In this document: positions 46,504 to 58,955 of the stretch, piece after piece | How positions within the stretch are numbered: the first letter of the stretch is position 1 | Layout of the letters: the number at the start of each line of letters is the position of its first letter | Assembly: GCA_045837725.1 (NCBI GenBank) | Contig: JBEWZL010000300.1 | Location: forward strand, 1-64,000 | Length of the DNA stretch: 64,000 nt | Direction: 5' to 3' | Source: Vermamoeba vermiformis | Taxonomy: Eukaryota | Program-made: the position numbers and the translations under genes | The notes under the pieces: model-generated | The model's input: the letters and a program-made list of their open reading frames with translations, nothing else | Database searches by the model: none | What the model was told of the DNA's origin: nothing

Positions 46504-48970
46504 TTAATCTATCATATCAACAGCACCATCAACATCCATAGTTTCTGTAAATACGTCGATTAGATCCGGAAATAAACAAAGCGTAGTAAGGCTACTCACC
46601 ATCTTCATTACGGCACTTTGAGCTAAACAATTCTCTTCTAATCTCGGGTGTAATGGAGTGATGATATTTGTTGCGCAGCAATAATTTCAGCTTTTCTTTT
46701 TGTTCAGGAGTAAGATCCGTTTTGTATCTATTAAAAAATGTTAGTCATAGCTCCGAATGCCCAATATGGACAATATTATTATAAGGTAATACCTTTGAGC
46801 GAAGATCAACACGCATTGATGCCAGAGAATAGGCAATTCTCTTCGATCGTGCTACGAATCCGGATTAGAACCGAAAATATTCAAAGAGTATAATTGTTAT
46901 CCTTACAGTAAATCCAGCAAAGTGTTCTACAATTGCATCAACGACACGGAACGGCAAGGCGTATTTTTTATCCAAAAGAATTTTCATAAAGATTGATGTC
47001 GCGCCACTGTATTCCATTTCAGCCAACTGATAATAATATTAATATGATGGCCATATAGATTATTATGGGTCCATACCTTTAATAAAGCTACGGCACTGTG
47101 TAATACGGGGACTGAAACTCTTCGCAAAACAGATCCGACAATAACTGCTTCTCTCAACGTGCAATCGCCAGACTAATATCATAAATAAGTATATTGCCTC
47201 TATAATATAGCTATTAGTGTAATTTACCTCAATAAGAGGGAAAAGAATGCCCTTGTAGAACGCATCCGGTTTGAACAACGCTTTCTTGAGTGACATGTAC
47301 AAATGCCAGTTTAATTTCTTATTGTTGAGAATATCGTCGCGAATTCTAGGTAAAAGTACCAAGAAGTAATATCTAAAAGAAACAAGATTAAAACGAGCGG
47401 CCATAAAGCGCGATCCAAAAATTGGATTATTGGTTCAATTCAAATAATTCGGTATATAATATAGCTAATATTATACTTACCGTTGAGCCATCTTAGCGTT
47501 GAAGTTAGAAGCAAAAATTTTTGTTGCAACACGAACACCGGATGCAGACCAGTTTTCGGGGTGAGTGTAGTACAAGACTTCTTCCCAGTTAGTCAAAGAT
47601 GGAATGATTTTAAAGGCCTTGGGGACCTATATCCACGAATATAAGTATTGAAATCATGATATATTATACAAGTTGTAGATCACGCGTCAAAGTCACGGAT
47701 CTACAATATTTTTGAACTACACTTACTTTGCCGGCAGTAAAGTTACGCATAATTTCTCCGACTCTATGATGATAGGTTATATTAGTATTATATTTATTAG
47801 AGATAAACGCTAAAATGTAACTTACTGAGTGTAAACTTCGATAATCTTAGGATTGATAGAAGGAACTGCATTAAAAATTAGAAACAATTCATTACTATAT
47901 GGCAAATAAAGGTAGAGTATAATTAGTAAAGTATATATATCGATTTTCTTTGTCGCAAGGAAATTTTGCGATCGAGTCTTTTTTGTAACGTACCAGGACC
48001 GCCTCCAGGAGTACTCTTAGGCACGAGTTCTAATTGCTGTTCCTTTTCTTTAATTTTTTCCATAATTATATCGGCCAACGAACGGCGTTCAGTGGCTTGA
48101 GGCTTGTTGAACGCAGCCATCACTCGTTCATCTTCAGGATCTACCTCCTACGGATTTATAATCGTCAAGTAACGAACATGTATGAAAGATATTAATAAGG
48201 CATATTATTTTGGCAAAATAAAGCCAAAATATGACCAATTTGTTAGATCAGATCTATTTTCGCCGTGACTAACGCTATTGCCCTTATAATAATATTCGCT
48301 AAATTGAAGTACTTACAATTTCTTCAACATCTTCGTCATATTCCTCTTTGAAAGCTTCATCGTCGCTGTCAGATTCTTGATCGGAATCTAATTCAGCAGC
48401 AGTGTATTTTCCAGCAAGTTTGTTATTAATTGGTCTATATGAATATTAAACATTAAAATGATGTCGATAGAATTAATTTTCGCGGATCTTAAACGCAGAT
48501 CGCATCCGTTAAAAATTCAGATCCAGTGTCATTAATTGCAATTAATATTGTAACGTACTCCTCATCACTGATATTTTCTTCTTCTTCTTCTTGTTGCTTG
48601 CGGACTTGTTTCAACAGCTTTTGACTGAGTTCTTTGGGCAGGTAGTTAGGTTTCTAGATTAAATCCAACAATTAATTTATTTGCAGCAATTGAACTAATA
48701 CCAGCATCGCGAAATTTATTATATTATTTTAGTCCTCGATTTTGAATTTCACGATAAAAATTATTGATGCGATCCGAAATACGATCGAGTCATTTCCCAC
48801 AAGAGTAAAATATGTATAATGGGTCCTATTATTACCTCAACTTTTTTTGCTTCTTTCTTATCAACAACACGCTTTTTGATTCCCTTCGTCTCGATTTGAT
48901 CGGCTCTGATCTGATCATAGAGCGGATCGTGTCGTTGTTGCTTCGATTTTGATTTAGGTGCCTTGCTCAT
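46504..48970 (-). CDS. BYSL: Bystin (Enp1), 40S ribosome biogenesis factor
   Basis: [78 protein letters not shown]. Confidence 0.95.
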
Positions 48971-49104
48971 CTTGTATGTTGCTTGTAAGCGAGATTTGCT
49001 CGAACTAAAGTTCCACTCCGGGCCAAAATTTAGCACGCAAAAATTACCGCCAAATATTTACTTAATCCTGCCATGAAGCACCACAACTGTCAACAAGCGT
49101 TAAT

Positions 49105-51845
49105 ATGAACCAAATTGGAGGGGGTAAATAAGCTACGAGTTATGAATAAGATTCAAGGGCAAGGAACTTTTGAATTTTTTAAATAGTTATTAAAATTTTC
49201 AACTGGTTTGGATTGATTAATTCAATATTGGCTATTTCTCGTAATACTCTCTTACATAATACACTTTGTAAGCTGAATTTACTTAATTAATATCATTTTA
49301 GGTCAACCCCAAGAAGATGCACCTTCAGAATCTCAAGACAGAAGACGAGCGAGGGCTTCGGAAGACAATAACAAAGAACCTGCCAAAAAAAAGAGGAAAA
49401 TTGATGATCTAGAGAGCAGTAGTTCTTTTGGGTTACTGCTTGCAGTCGATGAGACATACCAACTTGCAGTAAGCGACGCTGGCGAGGTTAAAGATAAAAA
49501 TATAGCAGCGACTGCTCCTCTTTCAAGCAAATTTAAAAGTAACCAAACAATGGCGCGTTACTAGCAACTAATTGCATCCACAGCGGGTACTAACGAATTT
49601 GCTAACCTCCTGCGGGAAAATGGAATCAGTCCGAGAACTACTCCTATTGTTCCCATGCAACCGACTCAAGTGCCTTGGCGGAACATGGAAGTTGACGATT
49701 TAGTAGCCTCGTTCATAGCCAAATTTCCATCAATGGTAAGTTTCGGTAAAAAAACCCGAGTCGACGCGCTAATAACCGTACTCGTTAGCTTACTTCGAAT
49801 GATGAGGATAGGCCAAGGGTTTGGAATGAAATCGAAACCGAAATACTCAACGCTGTAGTGGAAGGGCTGAGTCTTGACGACATTCACTCTGTTTTGCCCG
49901 ACTTGATGTCTGCGGGCTCATGGAGAACTGCAATAGTTTCTGCAACGTCATTGACAGACAAGAACTATGAGCGAGATTACACTGCTCAAGTATACGGGCA
50001 GTACTTCGAGCCGTTCCTGCTAGATCTAAATCATAAGGCGTAAGTAAAGCAAAATTGCGGCCTGTCAGTAATTTAATTACAATAGGTGCACTAATATGCC
50101 ACTACCGCCACCATTCGAGAAATATAGAAGAAAACCCGATGCTCATGCATTTGTGAACTCGACTTTGAAAGAATTCATTTTCTTCCTTCGTGAAGACAGT
50201 CCCGTAAGAACAGACAACGACGCAGATGTTCACAAAGATCTTCACAAGATTGTACAACTCATGCGATGTGCACTTCGATTGCAAACACTGATGTTAGACC
50301 CGAGCTACAAAGGTCAGAGAACGCTGTACTGCTTTGGCATTCTGAGCAGCGGCCTCAAGTTTCGGCTGCTACAAATGAGCGTGGTGTTGAAAACAGAGCA
50401 AGATTACACATCGTCGAAATTTATGTTATACATTGATAATGGTTTGCTTGATCTCAATTTTGCGCTGGTCGACGTGGACGAAAAACGCGCAAGGCTGACA
50501 AAATGGCTGAACTGGCTGTCTGTGATTAGAAGCTACGGATTTCATTTGAAAAAGTTACTGGAGAGTGGCGAATGGCAACTGAACACAGAGTTGTTGGAGT
50601 GCAAAACCACTGCAAAGACTGGGGTTGTTCACGAGAGTGCTAAGAACAAGGAGGGTGATAAAAATGAGCAGACTAACGAGAAAAACACCGACGAGGTCAA
50701 TGATGCGATACTGGCTGCAATTGTACAGGCAGTTGAGGACAAGAGATATCGCGTGCTTCACGAGGTAAGGCCATTTATTTCGTCTAACTGCTCGTACGCT
50801 ACATGAGGCAACCGTGAGATTTCAAAGATAGAATTGCTAACTATCCCACCAGGATGGTGGAAGCGACAAGAGAGTAGTGGCCGTTTGTACCTGCATAGGC
50901 CGCATTCGTGTCTTTGCGGTGAAGATCTTTGGTGTCGAGTCTCGAAAACGGTCGCGTGAAGTTGAAGTGATGAACATGCTCGGAAAACACCCGCACATCA
51001 GCGAGATACTCGCCTCGACCACATTGAAGAGTACGTACTGACTGCACTCTAGATAAGGTTTGGCTGACTGATTATGTAGCCGGCGAATTAATCGTTGTTC
51101 AACCATACTACCCACCTTCCTATGATCTTCTTGGTTACGATGAATACTGCCAAGTCTTTCTTCACCTTGCCAAGGTACGTGATCACGTGTCACGTGTCAG
51201 CGCCGCTATGAGTGTAAAGAGAACTAACTCTTATTATCATAAGGGTCTCGAACATATTCATGAGCGAGGTGTCATCCATGGTGACTTCAAGCCTGCAAAC
51301 TTGATTACTACTAAGGACCGTTACACGCGTATCATTGACTTTGACTTCAGTCTCAGAATAGGTACTGGTACGTAATCCCATTCGGTGACCTTTACCTTAC
51401 AACCAGATTACGACGTTTATGTTGAGCACAGTACTAACTTACAGCTTGCTAGACGGCTGGAACCAGGTCGTCGGCACATCCGGCTATCGTGCTCCAGAAA
51501 CGTACGACAAAAAGAACAATAAGCTCACGCCCAAGATCGATATTTGGAGCTTGGCGATGACTATGTGTCGTTCTGTAAGACGTTGCATATCGTTGGCTTA
51601 AATACCTCAATGCTGATACTAACAATTTGATTTGCAGTTCGGATCTCTTGCCGATGAATTGGATCCGCTGAAAAAGCATCAGATCCTGTTGGAGCAGCTA
51701 CGCTTCAAGTAAGTGCTTTGCTAAGAAAACAATTTCTTATACTTATAGTGTAACAAGCGTTTTTCTGGCCCCACTTCGCGTGCTGCTCGTGAAGATGATT
51801 GAATTGAATCCCCACAACAGCGCGTCAAGTTCGCCAAGCCATTGA
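49105..51845 (+). CDS. REase-like (PD-(D/E)xK) domain plus Ser/Thr-type protein kinase, Crinkler-like, copy 1 (frameshift at ~51820)
   Basis: NLS KKKRKID; RRKPDAHAF..FFLREDSP..DLHKIVQLMR..CFGIL; kinase FAVKIF, REVEVM, HGDFKPAN, IIDFD, GTSGYRAPE, DIWSLA. Confidence 0.7.
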
Positions 51846-51852
51846 ACTGGCC

Positions 51853-54775
51853 ATGCAAGACAAAGACTACGCACACATTCTTTGGAGAGTGAGGACTTCA
51901 GATGAAGAGCGCGACAAAAAAAGGAGGAGACTTGACGTAGCTAATAATACTTCCGCTTTATTAGCGGATGCAACAAATCAACAAGCTGGCGAGGTTACGG
52001 TTGTCCAAGAGAAGATACAACAGGATCTAATTGCAGAGAGCGAGCAACAAAAGGCGGAAGAGCTTGAAAATAAGGAAGAATTAGTACAGAATCCAGAGGA
52101 AGAAAACTCATTAGACTCGTCGGAACTCCGTAAGTCACCGCTATTCAGCAGATTTAAATCCGATGACATTCTTGAACCTACAAAAAGATCAATATTTAAC
52201 CGACATACTGCCTCAGTTCCTACGACCTTAGATGACGGAGTTGCAAAGACAAAGTACGTCTCGATACCCAAAGAGTGGGGTCTCGACTCTGCTTATTGCA
52301 AGATTGATGGCCAAGAGTACGCTTTAGTTAAAGTAATTCTAAAATCGTTTTATTAACAAGAGATCGTCATTTAGTGTTTACTTTAAAGACCTCTTGAAAG
52401 AATACGGAATCTACCCCGCATTTTTTCCTATTGTAAAGATGGACCTGCGTGCAGTACCTTGGCGAGCGGCGGGTAGTACAGCAGAAAATTTGGTCGTTTC
52501 GGTTTCAAGTAAATTTCCGATGTTTGTAAGTTTAAGCGTTAACTTCGCACATTTTAGAAAGTCTAACGATCATTCCGCTAGATTACTGCTAATGACAGCG
52601 AGGAGAGAAGAACGCTCTTAAACGAAATCGAAACCGAGACACTCAGTGTTGCAAAAGAGTTTGGGGCTGGCGCTATTTCTTTTCTGCCAGACTTTGCGTC
52701 TGCAGGCTCATGGAGAACTGCGGTGCGGTCTGCAGCGTTATCAACGACCAAGAATTCTGACCAGGATTACACTGTGCAAATGTATTTTGAACCGTTCCTG
52801 GCAGGTCTGGAGCACAAGGCGTATGTAACGAAAATAGAGGTTAGATTGACACGCGTACTTACCATTACAAATAATAGGTGTAGCAGCATGCCTCTACCAC
52901 CGCCGTTTGAGAGCCTTAATCGAAAGCCCGCTGTTCGCGGATTCGTCAAAACGAGTTTGAAAGAATTCATTTACTTTCTTCGTGAAGACAGTCCCGTGAG
53001 AACAGACAACAACACAGATGTTCACAAAGGCCCTTTCAAGCTTGTGCAACTCATCCGATGTGCGCTTCGATTGCAAGCACTGATGTTGAGTCCAGACTAC
53101 AGTGGGAGGACGTTGTACTGCTTTGGCATTCTGTGCAACGGACTCAAGCTCCAACTGTTGCAAATGAGCGTGACTTTGAACTCACTTAAGGACTACGCAT
53201 CACCAATCTTTAGCTTGTATATCGAGAAAAAGCAACTTGACCTCGGTTTCACTGAACAGACCACCATGGATGTCATCCATTCACGCCTGACAAGATTGTT
53301 CAACTGGCTGGCCGTGATTCGAAGCTACGGATTTCACTTGGATCAACGGCTCAATAGTGGCCAATGGTTGCTGAACAAAGAGATGCTCAAGTGCAACACA
53401 AGTCTCGCTGACTCTCCTGCCAAATCTACGGCCAAGCACCACGTGCAAAATAAAGAGAAAGATGACGAGGTTGATCACAACACGAGCCCTCAAAGAGATC
53501 AAGATAGGCTTGGCAGAACTCCAAGACAGCTTAATTTCGATGCAGTGGCTCAAAGAAAGAGCAATAATAACAACAACCGGACTACCGATGGGATAAACGA
53601 CGCAATATTGGCTGCGATTGTACAAGCGATTGAAGACAAACGATACAGCGTACTTCACGAGGTAAGTCCATTTAAGTATTAATTCGTTGCGAACCATCAT
53701 TACTAATTGTTTTCAACAGAACAATAGTCGTGACAAGAAAGTAGTTGCGTTGTGTACCTTAGTTGGTCGTGCTCGTGTCTTTGCAGTGAAGATCTTTGGT
53801 GTCGAATCACAGAAGAGGTCGCGTGAAGTTGAAGTGATGAAATTGCTCGGAAAACACCCGCACATCAGCGAGATACTTGCCTCGACCACATTGAACTGTA
53901 CGTTGAATATCATGTGAGCTAATCTAATTAATTATTGACATTTAGCTGGTGAATTGATCGTCGTTCAACCGTACTACCCGCCATTCCCTCACAAGAACGT
54001 CTGTTACGAAAAGTTTCGTAAAATCTTTCTTCACGCTGCCAAGGTACGCCTGATTGTTTTCCAAAATGAAAGAGCTGACAGTATTGTTTAGGGTCTTGAG
54101 TACATGCATGAACGAGGTGTCATCCACGCAGATTTAAAGCCTTCAAACATGGTCTTTGATGCAGACTGCCACACGCGCATAATCGACTTTGACTGCAGTC
54201 TGAGAATCGGCATTGGTAAGTGAACCGAGAGCAAGGCTTTGCTGACGTGCCTTCCCTTTAATTTTCAAGCACTCAAGCGTCGTGCAATCAAGTACTGACT
54301 TTCATCTTGCCTAGATGGTTGGAACGAGTTTGTTGGGACAGAAGGCTTTCGTGCGCCAGAAACAGAAGAGTACGACAAAAAGAACGAGGTCACACCGAAG
54401 ATCGATATATGGAGCTTGGCGATGGCAATGTGTTCGAGTGTAAGCTCTTTGTACACGTCACGCACCGCTGAACTGAACTAATTGGCATGTTTTGACAGCT
54501 TTCAATGATTGGCGAAGAAGAGAAAGATTCTCTCAAGAAGCGCGAGCTGCTGTTGAAGCTTGTGAGTCCCGAGTAAGTACCTTCCCGTAGTTGCTAAATT
54601 AAACAAAACTCTCACGTATTTTTCTAGCGAGTTCTTTGCTCCCCTTCTTCTGTTGCTCGAAAAGATGGTAGAGTTGAATCCAGAAAACAGACCTACTGCG
54701 CGGCAAGTGCGTGAAGCGATTGAGCTGTCAATGCAAGGCAAAGACTACGCACACATTCTTGAACCAAACCAGTGA
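51853..54775 (+). CDS. REase-like plus protein kinase, Crinkler-like, copy 2
   Basis: Paralog of copy 1 with the same intron positions; RKPAVRGF..REDSP; HADLKPSN, IIDFD, GTEGFRAPE, ENRPTA; ends YAHILEPNQ*. Confidence 0.75.
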
Positions 54776-55063
54776 CAGCTACGTACAATGACAACAAAGA
54801 GAGTGAAGTTACGAAGCCAGCTAACGTCACCAAGTCGCCAGACCAACGAGAACTAGCACGTGCAAGTTGATGAGGCGTGGAAACATTAAGCCTTGAACAA
54901 ATTACAAGGTGACACGGCCGTGTACAAAGTTCAAGGCAAGGGTTAAAATTACACGTGACTTTCTGACCGGTCAGAAACTTTTTTATTGCCTCCCGTTTGT
55001 GACGAAAAGGGGAATTGTTTTGGCTCGATCGAGTGCACCACAAAGAATTTACAGTGATTAATT

Positions 55064-57127
55064 ATGACTGGGAAAATACCTCCTACAGACGTGTTCTTAT
55101 ACCTAATTTCAGACAAGAACAATAGCATCCTGACAACTAAATCCACTGCGCAACGATTTTATTATCCAGCGGGCTATACGGAATTACCAACATTTGCAAC
55201 AAAAAATTTCTCTTATACGAATGATAATGGTACGTGATAAATGAATTTAGAGCACATCTAACCTGTAAAATATTTTAAAAATTTTGTGTAAACTTACTAA
55301 AGCTATGCAATACGAAATATGACACAATATCGGTATTATATTGGTATCGGTATTAATTATAATATTTTTCTTTGTTAGAATTGATTGTTCTTGCTGGCCG
55401 TACTTTCGACGATAATTTCTCGACTTTGAAACGTGGTGCCGTGCATTATTTGTGCTTGATTAATACACCACCATTTGGTGCTGGTTGGAGGTAATATCAA
55501 ATATAATATAATTGCGGGACAATCAAAATTTCGAGTTTTTTTTTTTGCCATAGTGATCTTCAAGATCCTTGTAGCTTCGTTAAAATTTCGCTTATATATA
55601 TTGTTATTATAGGAATACAAACATATGTTGCTTCTTTGTCGAAGTAGAATCAGCTTCAGTTCCGGACTACTCGTGGATCAACAAGAAACTGATCTTGACC
55701 GAATTTTACAACTACAACATTAGTTTGACGCCCGAATCCAAATATTTGATCGAAAAATTCTCAGAAATTGAAAATAATACTGCTAAATTCGTCGAAACAA
55801 TTCAGAACGAAATGAAAAATTTCGAGCTTGGCATTACGATCAAATTAGAATACGCGCCGTATATTCAGAACATTCCTATTGATTCAAATACGCTTTCGCC
55901 ATTCGATAAGACCAATTTGTTGATTTTTGGTGCCGGATCTGAACGACTAATTGTGGATCCGGGCGCGAATGACCAAGGCAAGGATCACTTCAGGAAGATC
56001 TTGCAGAATTTGAAGAAAGAAGGCGTAGAAAAGTTAAAGGTGTTCATCACGCACTTACATAGAGATCATATTGAAGGCTTGGACGTCGTCGAACAAATTT
56101 ATCCGGATGCAGAGGCAAGTTTTTAGGTTAAGTTATTGTTATTAATTTTCATGGAAATATTAAGCTAAAAATCGATATTAGCATCATTACATTATATATA
56201 TATTAATGGTACTACCGTCAAATAACGAAGTTGTAAGCGCTTCAAGTTTTTTGTATTTTTGTAACGGCCTTGCTCGTCGCTCGTATAACTCTATATTAAC
56301 TCGTTATCATATAGTTGCTCGGTCATAAGAAGAGTTTGGATAAAATCAACTCGCATTTGAAAAAAATCGAGTACACAACGGAGAATATGACCGAGGCGAT
56401 CAAGATCCAAGTTGGAGCCATGGAAATAGAAGCTTATTATACTCCTGGACATACAGGTACGAATTATATTAATATAATCGTAGCATTGAATTGTTTTTGA
56501 TTCATCGAATGTTCTAGATGGTCATATGATTTTGTTCGATAAGAAGTCGAGGATTATGGCTGCAGGTGATCATATTGTAGGCTTTGGCTCGTCTATATTA
56601 GATCCTGAGTCGTAAGTGTATATCGAAGAAATAATAAGACTTAATTCATGAAACCAACAATTTTTTTGTTCGGATGTGGATTTGGATCTGACCTTATTTT
56701 TTGTAGTGGAGGCGATATGATCCAATATTTGAATACTACGGAGTTTATGAAGGGTCTATTAGCGAGCAAAGCTATTCCCGCGCACGGCGGCATATGCTGG
56801 ACTCCTAATCAATTATTGCAACTTTACATCGACCACAGAAAAATGAGGTAGGATTAATTAACGCGATATTTGCAGAATATTTATTCCTTATATGGTAATA
56901 ATCCCTTATTTAGGGAAGAACTCGTTTTGAACGCGTACAATGAAGGCAAAAGATCGTTGGATGATATTACTAAGGCTGTATATGCAGATATTAACGAGAA
57001 GATGTTGCCGTGGGCGAAAAGAAATGTTTATTTGCATTTGTTGAAATTGCAGTACGAAAATGCGATAGATCCGACCATCGATTACGAATCTCAGAAACCG
57101 AAGCGGTCAGAGATTCCTCGAGAATAG
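55064..57127 (+). CDS. Metallo-beta-lactamase-fold hydrolase, LACTB2-like
   Basis: LIVDPG, THLHRDHIEG (HxHxDH), TPGHT.GH, AGDHIVG, PAHG, YIDHRKMREE, and a C-terminal winged-helix-like segment. Confidence 0.85.
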
Positions 57128-57450
57128 GAATAAACGCTATGCGTGCGTGTTAATATCTCCGATCAAGCTAATGGATATTTGGATGAGACATCTGTTGTCG
57201 TTTTTAAAAAGCGGATTTGGCTTGCAAAATGTGAATTCGAAATTGAACGTGTTAAGTATGCTATTAGGTTAGTTGCGTATTGACGACTACATTGGAATAC
57301 TCATAGTAATATTATTAGGGTTCTATAGACGCGTCTAGAAGCTTACTTCAATGAGTGACGTGCCCTGGTTGACCGGATGTGCATCTATAAATATCTTTTT
57401 TTTATTCTGTTTCAAACAATTATCGTTTTAGACCACGAAAGTAGCTCACA

Positions 57451-58201
57451 ATGAACAAGGTCGTGTTACTTTGCTTTATCGCCGCTGTTTTGGCTGTCTC
57501 AGTCAACGCTCAACAAAGATTGAATCACCAAGAGGCTTTGAACCGCATCCGCGCTGCTGGTGAGTTTAATTGTTTCGTCAATTATAACAGCTTATTAATA
57601 TTTCAACTTAGGTATTGGTATTGTTTCCAGCGGTGGTTGCAGTAACAGAAACAATGGAAGATGCACTTCCTTGGATACCATTCTTGCTACTACCATCAAC
57701 GGAATCATTGATTTCCGTCGTCGCTCTGGTTGCCCTGTGACAATTACTGGTGGCACTGAGGTAAATATTCGGTTATTTTAGCTTCGAGTTTAACCTTCAA
57801 ATTGCAATTTAATTTTTATGACATTTACAGCAAAATTAGCCCTAATTTTAATCCTCGTGCTATTAAATTGACCGCTTAATAATATGGTGCCATTTATTTG
57901 CACATTTGACCATAATTTAAGTGAACATTTTTCTCGATCGAAATTGATTTTTCCTGTCGCTGGATTAACTGCCTACTTAAGTACCAATTACTAATTAATT
58001 TTGCAGACTGGTCACGCTGGTGGTCAATTCTCTCACTGGAACGGCTTCAAGGTCGATATTGCCTTGAACCAATGCGTCAACGATTTCATCCAAAGAAACT
58101 TCCGTGCTAATGGTCGTCGTGGTGATGGTGCTGCTTTGTTCTTGGACGGCAGAAACATCTACGCTCGCGAGCGCAACCATTGGGATATTACTTACTTCTA
58201 A
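57451..58201 (+). CDS. Secreted protein of a Streptomyces/fungal-type family; probable Zn peptidase with Hedgehog/DD-peptidase-like motifs
   Basis: Signal peptide; SSGGCSNRNNGRCTSL, ITGGTE|TGHAGGQFSHWNGFKVD, YARERNHWDITY; two introns. Confidence 0.8.
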
Positions 58202-58955
58202 GCACAATTTTTGGTTTGAGCAGCTTTCGGATCTCGATCGCTCTGGCCAAAGGATTCTTGTTAGAGGTTCTTTTGACTTAATAAAGGCTCTATTTAGCAT
58301 AAGTACGCTTCTTCATTATTATTAACCAAATCGAGGCCCGCAGTGGGATCCCAATTTCGCAAGCAAAAAACAGTTACCAACTTTTCTTCTTGTTCCAAGG
58401 TTGATAAAAAATTAAAAAATAAATAGGTCAAACTACTGGATAGTCCCTTCCTCACAGAGGACCGAGAGGAAACGTTCATCAACCATTGAGGCTCGTACTC
58501 AACAGGACCTAGATCCGCTGAGTCCGCAGCGCTCAATGAACCTTCCCGCTCAAGACATCCAGCTGCAGTTCATCATCCCTATTGAGAGATTTTGCCATGT
58601 GTGAAAGACACGACATGACAGACCTTACTATAGAAATGAATCCTGAAAGTACGGTCCAATAAGCGAGCTGTTCAGCTGCAGTTTTTGATTCCGAAGAGAA
58701 AAGAACTGAAACCAATTATGGGAGGCATAAAAAACACCGTTCACGAATGCCTCGCAGAAGCTGGGCAAAGAAAGGTTTCAGAAAATTCTTGCGCGATCCA
58801 GGATCTGGGTTAGAAGAGCAAGTTCGACTGAAAAATATACCACTATTAGAGTTGCGCTATAAGTACTTAAAACAGAACGACAATTTGTTCAAAACCGTTT
58901 AATTACATAATTTTTACAATTTTTTTTGAGATCCGAGCTGGTTGATCTCGTTTGC

